From: Candidatus Kapaibacterium sp.
GTDB taxonomy: Bacteria > Bacteroidota > Ignavibacteria > Kapaibacteriales > Kapaibacteriaceae
Assembly: GCA_018882895.1 (NCBI GenBank)
Contig: VERF01000002.1
Location: forward strand, 10,842 to 74,841
Length of the DNA: 64,000 nt
Direction: 5' to 3'
Shown here: piece by piece, positions 35,725 to 45,349 of the stretch
Numbering within the stretch: the first letter of the stretch is position 1
Layout of the letters: the number at the start of each line of letters is the position of its first letter
Notes under the pieces: model-generated
The model's input: the letters and a program-made list of their open reading frames with translations, nothing else
Database searches by the model: none
What the model was told of the DNA's origin: nothing
Position numbers and translations under genes: made by a program

Positions 35725-38700
35725 TCAGCGCAATACGTTGAAGCTGGTCGTGGCCGTATATGGTCCGCTGACCATTCGAACAAAGTACGTTCCGTTGGCC
35801 AGTGTGCTGACGTTCACCGTGAGCTGGTAGGCGCCTGACGGCACCACCGGGCTATGTGCCTCGATCACAACGTCTCCCATCGCATTGACGACCTGGAACG
35901 ATGTCGATAGCGTCAGACCCGTTGTATAGGGGATTGTGACGATATCACGAACCGGGTTTCCAAGGGGCTGTGCAAGACCTGTTCGGTTGGAGCCGAACTT
36001 CACGAGGCGACCTTCTGTGAAACAAACCTCGGCCATTGTGACGGCATTGCGATCACCGACGGGAACCAAACAGTTCAGCGGTGTCGTGACGGTCATTTGC
36101 ACCGGAAGCGATGAATCTGCGTTCAGGAAGACATCGAACGTTGGCGTAACAAACACACCCTGCTCGAGAGTGCCGCCGGTTGACTGTGCCGCAATGTCAA
36201 GACGACCAACGGCAGCCGTCGGGGTGAACGTCCATCCATTCATCTGTTGCCCACCAAATGCACGGAAACGCATGGCGTCCGGGTTGTGCGTCAGCGCAAT
36301 TGCAAAGCTCTGTGGCTTTGCGCCAGCGAACTCCGCAGCATTGTAGGAGACGCTGATCGGCACCGCAACGGCTTGGCCGATGCGCCCTTCGGCTATACTG
36401 CCGAAGCTGAACTGAACCGGAGTGGTAACGCCTTCGCCGTCGATGGTGACGTTGAGTTTCAGACTCTGGTCGTTGGGAATGTTGAATGAAGCCGATGTCC
36501 GTCCAATAGCACTCGGCTGGAACGTCACGGTGATGACCTTTGACTCACCGGGCTTGAGTACAAAGCCAGTCGCCTGGTCGAGAATGAACGAGCCAACGTC
36601 TCCACTGCCTACCGGGGCTTGACATGTGAGATCGAACTGTGTGCTGTTGTTGGTGATCGTGAAGATGGCACTGCGGGTTGCGCATGTGAGTGTCTTCGGG
36701 AAACTGATCGGATCTAGTGATGATGCGTCTCGGCCGAGGCCTTCGAGCACGACGAGCGTGTCCGTGTACGGAGGCACAGGTCCGGGCCCCGTCTTAGCGT
36801 CGTGACTGATGCGCACGTTCACACGGTTGTTGCCCACTACCTGCGGTGTGAACGACACCGGAATCTCCAGAGGAGCTGAGTTTGGCTTCAGCGTGATGGG
36901 CAGGCCGGGTAGAGCGCCCGACCAAGCAAATGCGCCTGACGCCGTTTCGAAGGCGATCGTTGAGATCACAAGGTCACTGGTCGCATCGGTGTTGCGGATC
37001 ACGACCTTGCCGATCTCGGGAGAGGTCGTCGATACCGTCCACGGCGCGAACTTGTAACCGGTAGCCTGAATCGCCGGAAGGAAGCCACTGCCTTGTGCTA
37101 TGCCGACCAGCGGTGTGGTTTCTTTGCCCTTGATCACCACCGTGACGCCGGCACTGTGTGCCCCACGACTTTGAGGTGTGTACGTTACGGGAATCTTGAT
37201 CACCTCACCGGCGGCCATGCGGCGCGGCGCTGGAAGGGTGAAGGCGAAGTTCGGATTCGTCGGATCGGTGAGAGTGATCGAGGTGATCTCGGCCTCTTCG
37301 GAGTTCAGGTTAGAGATGCTGATCGCGCCGGTGCCCGGCGTAAGTACGCGAAGGCGACCGAGGTCTACACTGTCGATGATCACGCGAGGCTCAACGATCT
37401 CAACCTTGATCGTTGCGATCTGTTCTCCGCACAGCTCTGGTGGCAGACCAAAGTTGATGGTGGTCGACTTGATTCCGGCCGTTGCAGCCAACACATCAAT
37501 GTCGACATCAAAACAACCGCCATTGGGTGCAAGGGTAAAGGGGCCAGCGTTCTTCACCAAGATGTCGGCATCCGAGACCGTTACACGCATGTTACCGTTG
37601 ATCGCAACAGATCCAACGTTCTTGATCATGCAGGTGATCTTCATAGTGCGTGGCTGTCCGAGAGGAACCTTACCCTGATCCACGGACGCATTGGTCTCGA
37701 CATCGCATGGTGCGGTGGCAAGACCATCGACGCTCAGCTGAACCGGCGAGCCGCAGTTACCGGCCACTTCGATCAGAGCTGTACGAGTGCCAACACCCTT
37801 AGGTGCGAAAACAAGCTCGATGTTCAGTGACTTGCCGGCAGGAACGATCTGTCCAACGATGTTGCCCGTCAAGGTGAAGTCGGCTGCATTTGCCCCGGCA
37901 ATCACAACGCTCTTTACCGTTACGTCGAAGTTGCCAATGTTGGTAAGCACTGCCGTCCTGGTTGTTGTCTGCCCCTGCTGGATCGTAGGGAACGTCACCC
38001 TATTTGGACGGAATTCAAGCTGCGGCGACTTCACGGAGAAGACATTGTCCGACACATCATTCGATGCCGGAGCAGAGCCGTTCTTGTAGACGTAGACGTC
38101 GTCAGATCCTGGACCGGAATTGTTCCCAAGAGTGATGTCCGGTGGCGTGAACGTGATCGGACCCCGATACGCATCGGTCTTGTACGTGAAGCCCAATCGA
38201 TCGGTAGCTGTCAGACTTTGATAGGTTAGCCCCGTACCTGTGGTTGGCTTTGTACCGGCGAAGAACCTCGGATACCCCTGCGAGTCATACAGGGTGTAGA
38301 AGTCGCGATCGGTGGTATTGGGGAATGTTGCTGACCTCTCGAATGTGCCGCCACGGTTAATGCCGACTTCAACAAAGCGCTGGAACTTGCCGGCTGCGAT
38401 CACCTCAACGTTGCCTGCTGCATCATAACGAAGGCCGATGTCGGTCAGCATGGCGTAACTGCTCTGTGTTGCCGTACCCTTCGATCCGGCCTGCCAGTCG
38501 AGCTTGCCTGTGGAATCGAACTTGAAGACGAAGAAGTTGCGTGTGTCCAGAGGACCGCGATTCGGCAGGTATGGACCGAATGTCACTGCCGGACTGGAGA
38601 AATAACCGGCTACGTAGTAGTTGCCCTTGTTGTCAACCACACATCCGACGATCTTTTCCTCGTTGGACGCTGTGCCGACCAGCAACATGACCTTCGAAGG

Positions 38701-40449
38701 ATCGATGATCTTGCCGTCACTGTCGAGTTCAACGAAGTATCCGTCAAGATTGCCGGCCGCACCCGTCTGGGCAACGGCTCCGAATCTGGTGTTCCCTTCG
38801 AAGAAGCCTGTGGCGAAGACCTTCACGCCGCTCGGTATCACAGCCACCGACGTTGGTGTTTCATCGCCGAATCCACCAAGCTGCGTGGCCCAGGCGTATT
38901 GCTTGACCGGGCTGACGCTGACACGGACCTTGTAGTTCGTTCCCGACTTCGGTGGCAACCACTTGTAAACAAGACCCGTAGCCGAAGGCTCGATCGGCTT
39001 CCATGTTGTACCGCCATCTTCCGAATACTCCAGGCTGACCGGCTGCGTAGGCAACACACCTGCCCACTTAATAAGCACGGTGTCGCACGTCGAGAAGAGC
39101 TCTCCGCCGACCGGTGACTGCAACAGGACTACGCCCGTGCCTCCGACGAGTGTGATCTTTGGAGGGCAGGGGAAACCGGTGAAGGCAAGTTCTGCCTGGC
39201 GGAACGTCTGTGCTGTACCTTGTTTGAACTCAACTCGAATGACGCGCTTAGCGCCCGGAGCGAGATTGAATGGTGCAAATGTGGGCTGATTGAAAGGGAA
39301 GTTCCAGTCGACAACTCTGAAGTACGTGGAAGGATTGAGCGTCTGACCGGTTGCAGCAAACGTCGCCCCCTTAGCTGTAAGAGTCACGTTCGCAAATGAC
39401 ACTTGATTCGGCGCCGGGTCACCGCAGAAAAGGACCGGGTCACTGATCTCAACGCTTGCCACGCTACTGGGCGGAGTTGTGAACGCAACATTCGTCGTTG
39501 GTCTAACGCCACGTAGCATTGTTATCCCTGCAGTTCGACTGCGGCCCTGCTCAGTGCACGTGTATGAGGAGATCCAGCTGACACGGCAGATCTTCCTTAC
39601 CTGCGTCTCGAGTGCCAAGAACGACATAAGGTTTACAAGCTCACCTTCATCAGTTACAATTGACTTGCCGCCCGTTGCCTTGGAGAATGCAGCCAGAGAG
39701 GCATGAGTGTCAGGCATCAGGATCGTGATGCTGTAGAAACGCGCACCAATGGAGGCTAATTTCTGAGCATTGTCTGCAATGAACTTCGACTCACTCTTGG
39801 TGATCGAAACGTCAGCAATGCCGGGATTCGGGTGTCCGTCGGTGAGAAAGAACACGTACTTCGGCAGGTTTGACGGACGCTTCTTGAACAGCTCGTAGAT
39901 ATTGCGCGTTGGGTGTTCAAATGGCAGGCAGTAATTAGTATTCGTCAGCGTCTTCATGAGCCGAAGTGAGTCGATGATAGGCTTGGCAGAGCTGGCCCAC
40001 TCAACCGTTACTTCGACGGTGCCGGAGAATGTCACGAGTGACACCCTCGTCTCTCCGCTGAACTTCAGCTGCTCAACAAATGCTTTGATGGCGTCCTTGG
40101 CAAAATCGAAACGCTTTCGTCCATTGACGATGTCATCCATCGAATTCGATCTGTCGAGAATGATGATGATACTTGCCTCCGGATCGCTCACAAGTGAGTC
40201 ACACTCATGCGTGACCGATGCCGTGACATCGATCGGGGCACCACCTTGCTGCGTTTCCGTGACGCGGAAATCAGCGGCACGCAGGTCCGTTATCGGATTG
40301 CCCGACGGATCAAGAGCGATGTAGTCGGCGGTGATCTTCGGGAAGGAGAGCGTGTTGACGCCAAAGATGTTCAGCGCCTGAGCGCCGGCAGTAGCTGAGG
40401 CGATGGCAACTACGGCGATGCAAAGCAAAACTCTGCGCATCGAGTTCAT
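35725..40449 (-). CDS. Giant secreted surface protein: N-terminal vWA domain, beta-propeller-type repeats, multiple Ig-like (choice-of-anchor-D/ASH-like) domains, and a T9SS C-terminal sorting domain
   Basis: ATG at 40449 with GGAGAG upstream. Signal peptide ending in AGAQA. Intact MIDAS motif (IIILDRSNSMDD). SBBP-like repeats (NYYVAGYF...FVFKFDSTGKLDW). Repeated modules of about 100 aa (VLTNIGNFDVTVKSV...FAPKGVG). C-terminus GTYFVRMVSGPYTATTSFNVLR. Confidence 0.85.
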   Translation of the reverse strand: MNSMRRVLLCIAVVAIASATAGAQALNIFGVNTLSFPKITADYIALDPSGNPITDLRAADFRVTETQQGGAPIDVTASVTHECDSLVSDPEASIIIILDRSNSMDDIVNGRKRFDFAKDAIKAFVEQLKFSGETRVSLVTFSGTVEVTVEWASSAKPIIDSLRLMKTLTNTNYCLPFEHPTRNIYELFKKRPSNLPKYVFFLTDGHPNPGIADVSITKSESKFIADNAQKLASIGARFYSITILMPDTHASLAAFSKATGGKSIVTDEGELVNLMSFLALETQVRKICRVSWISSYTCTEQGRSRTAGITMLRGVRPTTNVAFTTPPSSVASVEISDPVLFCGDPAPNQVSFANVTLTAKGATFAATGQTLNPSTYFRVVDWNFPFNQPTFAPFNLAPGAKRVIRVEFKQGTAQTFRQAELAFTGFPCPPKITLVGGTGVVLLQSPVGGELFSTCDTVLIKWAGVLPTQPVSLEYSEDGGTTWKPIEPSATGLVYKWLPPKSGTNYKVRVSVSPVKQYAWATQLGGFGDETPTSVAVIPSGVKVFATGFFEGNTRFGAVAQTGAAGNLDGYFVELDSDGKIIDPSKVMLLVGTASNEEKIVGCVVDNKGNYYVAGYFSSPAVTFGPYLPNRGPLDTRNFFVFKFDSTGKLDWQAGSKGTATQSSYAMLTDIGLRYDAAGNVEVIAAGKFQRFVEVGINRGGTFERSATFPNTTDRDFYTLYDSQGYPRFFAGTKPTTGTGLTYQSLTATDRLGFTYKTDAYRGPITFTPPDITLGNNSGPGSDDVYVYKNGSAPASNDVSDNVFSVKSPQLEFRPNRVTFPTIQQGQTTTRTAVLTNIGNFDVTVKSVVIAGANAADFTLTGNIVGQIVPAGKSLNIELVFAPKGVGTRTALIEVAGNCGSPVQLSVDGLATAPCDVETNASVDQGKVPLGQPRTMKITCMIKNVGSVAINGNMRVTVSDADILVKNAGPFTLAPNGGCFDVDIDVLAATAGIKSTTINFGLPPELCGEQIATIKVEIVEPRVIIDSVDLGRLRVLTPGTGAISISNLNSEEAEITSITLTDPTNPNFAFTLPAPRRMAAGEVIKIPVTYTPQSRGAHSAGVTVVIKGKETTPLVGIAQGSGFLPAIQATGYKFAPWTVSTTSPEIGKVVIRNTDATSDLVISTIAFETASGAFAWSGALPGLPITLKPNSAPLEIPVSFTPQVVGNNRVNVRISHDAKTGPGPVPPYTDTLVVLEGLGRDASSLDPISFPKTLTCATRSAIFTITNNSTQFDLTCQAPVGSGDVGSFILDQATGFVLKPGESKVITVTFQPSAIGRTSASFNIPNDQSLKLNVTIDGEGVTTPVQFSFGSIAEGRIGQAVAVPISVSYNAAEFAGAKPQSFAIALTHNPDAMRFRAFGGQQMNGWTFTPTAAVGRLDIAAQSTGGTLEQGVFVTPTFDVFLNADSSLPVQMTVTTPLNCLVPVGDRNAVTMAEVCFTEGRLVKFGSNRTGLAQPLGNPVRDIVTIPYTTGLTLSTSFQVVNAMGDVVIEAHSPVVPSGAYQLTVNVSTLANGTYFVRMVSGPYTATTSFNVLR

Positions 40450-40538
40450 GGTCTCTCCCAAAGCATAGTTGAGGTGATTCATTCTGAGTTCCATTGTCAA
40501 AAACACTTGTCGTGAAGGTTCGGTTACATGTTGATGGG

Positions 40539-41573
40539 TCAGACCACAGCCTGTTCGAGCACGCGGAATGTCCGCTCTGTTGCATTCAGTTCCGCATTTA
40601 CGCCGAGAGGGAGGGTCATCTTGCTCTTGACGTGTCCGAATGGGAGCCCGTAAACGACTGGAATTCCCAGTGATGCGAGCCGCTGTTCGAAGACCTGCTG
40701 GAGGCTCAACGATGGGCCGCTGATCGACGTTCCACGTGCTTCGCAGTCGCGGAAATTGCCGAGGGCAATCGCCTTAGCACTCTGGAGTTTTCCGGCCAAC
40801 CACATCTGCGTCAGCATTCGGTCAACCCGGAACGGCTCCTCGTTGACCTCTTCCAAGAACAGGATCGCATCAGTAGTGTCGATCTCAAACTTTGTGCCAA
40901 GAGTACTTACCACCAAAGCGAGATTGCCGCCTGTGAGCCTTCCTTGAGCCGTCCCGCCGCTAATGACTGTCAGGCGAGGGTTGGAAAAAGACGTCAAAGG
41001 AGTTGATGTATCGGGCAGCAACACTTCTTGCAGTGACTGCACGGTGAACTGATCGAACGATGAAGACGCCACCGGTCCGTGGAATGTTACCACGCCACTA
41101 AGCTGCTGGGCAGCGATAAGCAGGGCCGTGATGTCGCTGAATCCCATGATGATCTTGCCTGCCTGGCGAATGGCCGTGAAGTCGAGCATCGGCAGGATTC
41201 GCATCACGCCATACCCGCCACGTGCACAGATCACTGCGTCGACCTCAGGATCTTCGATGAAACCCATGAATTCCGAAGCCCTGTCCTGATCGGGTGCCGA
41301 CAAATAACCGTTTCGACGAGAAACGTTCTTGCCGAGCTTGACGCGTACGTCCCATTCCCGGCAAAGAGATACGAAGTCAGCGATATCGCCGCTCGAGGCG
41401 GCACTGGCAGGACAAACAATTCCCACAGTCGAACCTGCCCGAATGCCACGCGGCAGAACGCGGGCAAGGGGCTGTCCAATACCGGTCTCGGCCGATGCAC
41501 TGGGGAGGGTACTTCCTGCACCCGCCGCAAGCGTCGCCGTGGCCAATGTTGTAACGAAGGAACGACGGTTCAT
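40539..41573 (-). CDS. LD-carboxypeptidase (peptidase S66) with a Tat-type signal
   Basis: MNRRSFVTTLATATLAAGAGS twin-arginine leader, GFSDITAL nucleophile motif, and GLPFGHV. Confidence 0.85.
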   Translation of the reverse strand: MNRRSFVTTLATATLAAGAGSTLPSASAETGIGQPLARVLPRGIRAGSTVGIVCPASAASSGDIADFVSLCREWDVRVKLGKNVSRRNGYLSAPDQDRASEFMGFIEDPEVDAVICARGGYGVMRILPMLDFTAIRQAGKIIMGFSDITALLIAAQQLSGVVTFHGPVASSSFDQFTVQSLQEVLLPDTSTPLTSFSNPRLTVISGGTAQGRLTGGNLALVVSTLGTKFEIDTTDAILFLEEVNEEPFRVDRMLTQMWLAGKLQSAKAIALGNFRDCEARGTSISGPSLSLQQVFEQRLASLGIPVVYGLPFGHVKSKMTLPLGVNAELNATERTFRVLEQAVV

Positions 41574-41725
41574 TAGCAAATCGAACGTTTGAAAAACGCA
41601 CACTCCTGCAACCGACAAATCTACGAATGTTTGTTCCGTACGGGAAAACATTCGGAAGGGGTGCGAAGGACTGCGAAGGGCTTACAAGGCCGTCATAGTT
41701 CCTGACTGCGTATATTCGCGGCTTC

Positions 41726-41812
41726 GGAAAGGTGCAAGAGTGGTTGAATTGGCACGCCTGGAAAGCGTGTGTGCCGGCAACGGTACCGCGGGTTCGAATC
41801 CCGCCCTTTCCG
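41726..41812 (+). tRNA. tRNA-Ser (anticodon GGA)
   Basis: Hand-folded cloverleaf. Acceptor stem GGAAAGG/CCTTTCC. D-arm CAA-GAGTGGTTGAA-TTG. Anticodon arm CACGC-CTGGAAA-GCGTG. Long variable arm GTGCCG-gcaa-CGGTAC. T-arm GCGGG-TTCGAAT-CCCGC. Discriminator G. CCA is not encoded. Confidence 0.9.
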
Positions 41813-41880
41813 CTAACCCATCGGGACGGCATGGACTTCCGTATGGTTCGTTCCCGACTTACGAGGCCCCAGAGTAGCGC

Positions 41881-42339
41881 ATGAACGTATTCGGACGGTC
41901 AATCCCCAAAGGCGCGACTGGCATCGCCGGGTGGATTATCGTCGGTGTTGTGGCCTTGGCCACGGTGGTACTCCTCGGGTCGCTTGTTTGGCGGATGTTG
42001 CATCCTCCGATCTCGCCCCTTGCAGACGAAGATGACCCGCGAAGTGCGATACAACTGGAAGTGGTCAACGCATCGGGTCGTAAAGGGGCCGGCAAGTCCG
42101 TACTGGACTTCTTTCGGCGTCGCGGTTTTGACGTCGTGGAGATCACCACGTCGGACGAGCGCCCGCGCCGATCGAAGGTGGTCGACCGCGTCGGCGATCG
42201 TCAATCTGCCCTGAAGGTCGCCCGGGTTCTTGGCGTTGCCGATACGATGGTGGTTGCTGAGATCGATTCCATGCGATTTTTGAAGGCCTCGGTCGTACTC
42301 GGAGGCGACATTGACAAACTTGAACCATTTGCGGAATGA
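41881..42339 (+). CDS. LytR_C-domain membrane-anchored protein
   Basis: N-terminal TM segment (GWIIVGVVALATVVLLGSLVW), then LEVVNASGRKGAGKSVLDFFRRRGFDVVEITTSD ... SALKVARVLGV. Confidence 0.75.
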   Translation: MNVFGRSIPKGATGIAGWIIVGVVALATVVLLGSLVWRMLHPPISPLADEDDPRSAIQLEVVNASGRKGAGKSVLDFFRRRGFDVVEITTSDERPRRSKVVDRVGDRQSALKVARVLGVADTMVVAEIDSMRFLKASVVLGGDIDKLEPFAE

Positions 42340-42340
42340 C

Positions 42341-42396
42341 CCGTAACCCGTAACCCGTAATCCGTAACCCGTAACCCGTAACCTGGAACCCGTTCG
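42341..42396. repeat. Heptamer array CCGTAAY: six clean units plus two degenerate units
   Basis: CCGTAAC CCGTAAC CCGTAAT CCGTAAC CCGTAAC CCGTAAC CTGGAAC CCGTTCG. Begins 1 nt after the upstream stop and ends 3 nt before the rsfS GTG. Confidence 0.95.
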
Positions 42397-42399
42397 CCC

Positions 42400-42807
42400 G
42401 TGAAGCCCCGCAGCACCAAAGGAAGAGCCGTTCTTTGCGCACGTTTAGCGCAGGAGAAACTTGCTCATGAAATTCTGATACTCGACCTGACGGACATTGA
42501 GACGTCGCCGGCCGACTTTTTCGTCATCGCAACAGTCGACTCCGAGGCACAGATCAAGGCCGTCACGGATTCGATCGAGAGCACACTCAAGACGATGGGA
42601 TTCGGATATCCGAATCACGAAGGAAAGGGAACCTCCACGTGGGTGATCCTTGACTACTTCGATGTGGTAGTGCACGTGATGCTGGGTTCGGCACGAGAAT
42701 TCTACAAACTCGAACGCCTCTGGGGTGATGCAAAGGCCTACACCCTCACCCCTGCAGGTGCGGCACGCGCTACAACGATCAAACCAAAGAAGGTAGCAAA
42801 GGCATGA
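42400..42807 (+). CDS. rsfS: Ribosome silencing factor RsfS
   Basis: ILILDLTDIETSPADFFVIATVDSEAQIKAV ... WVILDYFDVVVHVM ... REFYKLERLWGDA. GTG start. Confidence 0.88.
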   Translation: MKPRSTKGRAVLCARLAQEKLAHEILILDLTDIETSPADFFVIATVDSEAQIKAVTDSIESTLKTMGFGYPNHEGKGTSTWVILDYFDVVVHVMLGSAREFYKLERLWGDAKAYTLTPAGAARATTIKPKKVAKA

Positions 42808-44447
42808 TGCAGAGATACATCGAGGAGGAACTTCGTCGATCAGCCGAGGCCGCAGGACTCGTCATCGATGGCCCCATCCCATTTGGTGTGCCGAAGCAGG
42901 AAGGTCAGGGGCATCTGTCGACTAACATCGCCATGATGCATGCCAAACGGCTCGGCAAGCAGCCCCGCGTCCTTGCACAGGAGATCGTCGATGCACTGCC
43001 GGCGTCTGCGCTTGTCGCCGCCGTCGAGGTCGCCGGGCCCGGCTTCATCAACGTCACATTCAGTGATGCGGTGTATCATGCCATGTTGCGGGACCTTGAT
43101 GCGATGGCCGACGATATCGGACGCTCCGATCTCGGCATTGGCCGCACGATGAACATTGAATACGTGAGCGCTAATCCTACCGGCCCCCTGCACGCCGGTC
43201 ATGGACGCAACTGCGCAGTTGGCGACACCATCGCGAATCTGTTCGCCTGGAACGGCTATGCCGTCACGCGCGAGTACTACTTCAACAACGCCGGCAATCA
43301 GATGAACATGCTCGGGCGCAGCATCTACGTCCGGCTTCAGCATGCGCTTGGAAATCTGGACGTACCGTTCCCCGAAGACGGCTACCACGGCGAATACATC
43401 AGCCATGTCGCCGAGTCGATCGCTACCGAGCACGCCGATCAGATCCGTGCGATGTCGGAAGATGAGGCACTGGCCTTCTGCCGCAAGCAGGGAGAAACGT
43501 GGTGCTTTGCTTCCATCAGGCAGACGCTTGAGACGCTCAATATTCACCACGACGTGTACTTTAACGAGGATACGCTCTACGGTACCGGCAAGGTGGTCGC
43601 CACGGTTGAGGCTCTGCGCGACCGTGGACTGGTCTACGAAAAGGACGGAGCAACGTGGTTTGCTCTGACCCAGCTTGGGAACCCGCAGGACAAGGTCATC
43701 GTCAAGTCGACAGGAGAGCCGACGTACCGTTTGCCCGACATTGCCTATCACCGCGATAAGCTCGAAAGGGGCTATGATGTGGTCGTTGATGTCTTTGGTG
43801 CCGATCACATCGCCACGGTGCCCGACGTGCTTGCCGGCGTCAAGGCACTAGGTTTCGACACCGACCGCGTGCGGGTGGTCATCCACCAGATGGTGACGTT
43901 CGTCGAAGACGGCGAGGTTGTAAAGTTCTCAAAGCGTAGTGGTAAGTCGTTCACACTTGATGACCTTATCGATGAGGTTGGCGCCGATGTGGTGCGGTTC
44001 TTCTTCATCATGCGCGCCGTCGGCACGCACCTTGAGTTTGACCTTGGACTTGCCAAGGAAGAGGGTGACCGTAATCCGGTGTTCTATTTGCAGTATGCCC
44101 ATGCTCGGATCTGTTCGATCCTGAACAAGGGGCTTGAGCGAGGAGTGACGCTGGATCATGGCGCCGATCTATCCGTGCTGATCCATCCACGCGAGATAGA
44201 GCTCGTCGCACTCCTGTCTCGCTTCCGCTCAACGGTCGAGCGTGCCTGTGAGAACCTGGAGCCGCATGTCATCGCGGAGTTCCTCCGGGACCTGGCCGGG
44301 GCATACCACAACTTCTACCACGACTGCAGAATACTTGGTGCGGAGCCGCCCCTTGAATCGGCCCGCCTGCTGCTTGCCGATGTCACACGAAGGGCAATGC
44401 GCAACGGGCTTTTGATCCTCGGCGTCGGGACGCCTGAGCGAATGTGA
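42804..44447 (+). CDS. argS: Arginine--tRNA ligase
   Basis: SANPTGPLHAGHGRN (HIGH region), the ArgRS anticodon-binding C-terminus, and terminal PERM. Confidence 0.93.
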   Translation: MMQRYIEEELRRSAEAAGLVIDGPIPFGVPKQEGQGHLSTNIAMMHAKRLGKQPRVLAQEIVDALPASALVAAVEVAGPGFINVTFSDAVYHAMLRDLDAMADDIGRSDLGIGRTMNIEYVSANPTGPLHAGHGRNCAVGDTIANLFAWNGYAVTREYYFNNAGNQMNMLGRSIYVRLQHALGNLDVPFPEDGYHGEYISHVAESIATEHADQIRAMSEDEALAFCRKQGETWCFASIRQTLETLNIHHDVYFNEDTLYGTGKVVATVEALRDRGLVYEKDGATWFALTQLGNPQDKVIVKSTGEPTYRLPDIAYHRDKLERGYDVVVDVFGADHIATVPDVLAGVKALGFDTDRVRVVIHQMVTFVEDGEVVKFSKRSGKSFTLDDLIDEVGADVVRFFFIMRAVGTHLEFDLGLAKEEGDRNPVFYLQYAHARICSILNKGLERGVTLDHGADLSVLIHPREIELVALLSRFRSTVERACENLEPHVIAEFLRDLAGAYHNFYHDCRILGAEPPLESARLLLADVTRRAMRNGLLILGVGTPERM

Positions 44448-45349
44448 CCATTGCCATGGTCAACCGCGAATACTATTACGAGTTGGACGCGCGCGGCGTG
44501 CTGTCGCTCGACGGTATCGTGCAGGACGATCCATGGTTTGTTGACTTCTTCTTCCGTCGCCTGGCGCCGACGGCCAATCCGGACTATCCCGAGTATCCTT
44601 TCGTGAGCCGCTGCGGCGAGGAGATGAACTACCTGCGCGTCAGTGATACGCCGATCGTTTACACTGGTTTGCGCGATGGGCGCCTCGAGTACGCCCATTC
44701 TTTGTCGACGGCGTTTGCGGCGGACCGACTGGCATACTCGGCAGACGGCGTATTGTATCACTGGGCGCCCGTGGGTGATCGTGGTCGTCTGGCACCACAC
44801 GTGGCTGTTGAGGTGGCGCGCAACATTCAGCCGTGGGGTCCATACTACGCCTACAGTGTGCCGGATTCGCCCTTTCTGACGCCGCTCATGCCCCTTGCCC
44901 TGATGGAAGACTTGCAGATCATCAGGCCAAAGCCCGACAACCACTGTATCGGATGCGGTCAGGCCAATCCGAATTCTCTGAGACTGTCGTTTGTGCGAAG
45001 CCGTCAGGATCGAATCGTTCGCACGTGGATCCGACCGGATGAACGCATGCAGGGGGCGATGGGCACCGCTCACGGAGGAATGATATCTCTGCTGCTTGAT
45101 GAGGCCATGGGAAAGACGCTCAGTGCAGCCGGGATCCGCGCCCCGACGGCTCGACTTCAGGTAGACTTCCGACGTCCGATGATCATTGGACGCGAGTACG
45201 AAGTGCGCGCATGGATAAGCTCGCAACAAGGACGCAAGCAGTTCGTCAATGCCGAAGTTCGCTCGGCAGACGATCAATCCTTGATCGCCGAGGCCGAGGC
45301 TTTGTTCCTCCAATTGCGCTCCGGGGCCGAGTCCGTCCAGGCAGGATGA
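44444..45349 (+). CDS. DUF4505 (UPF0598-like) domain fused to a PaaI-type hot-dog thioesterase
   Basis: N-terminal half: REYYYELDARGVLSLDG...FVDFFFRRL...YPFVSRCGEEMNYLRVSDTPIVYTGL...GVLYH. C-terminal half: CIGCG...HGGMISLLLDEAMG. The start is the GTG at 44444 or the ATG at 44456. Confidence 0.7.
   Translation: MTIAMVNREYYYELDARGVLSLDGIVQDDPWFVDFFFRRLAPTANPDYPEYPFVSRCGEEMNYLRVSDTPIVYTGLRDGRLEYAHSLSTAFAADRLAYSADGVLYHWAPVGDRGRLAPHVAVEVARNIQPWGPYYAYSVPDSPFLTPLMPLALMEDLQIIRPKPDNHCIGCGQANPNSLRLSFVRSRQDRIVRTWIRPDERMQGAMGTAHGGMISLLLDEAMGKTLSAAGIRAPTARLQVDFRRPMIIGREYEVRAWISSQQGRKQFVNAEVRSADDQSLIAEAEALFLQLRSGAESVQAG

Noticed and set aside
41726-42339. tRNA-Ser as an integration site for a genomic island.
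   Set aside because: No integrase was found, and I could not spot a direct repeat of the tRNA 3' end. The flanking genes (LytR_C protein, rsfS, argS) are housekeeping genes with typical composition.
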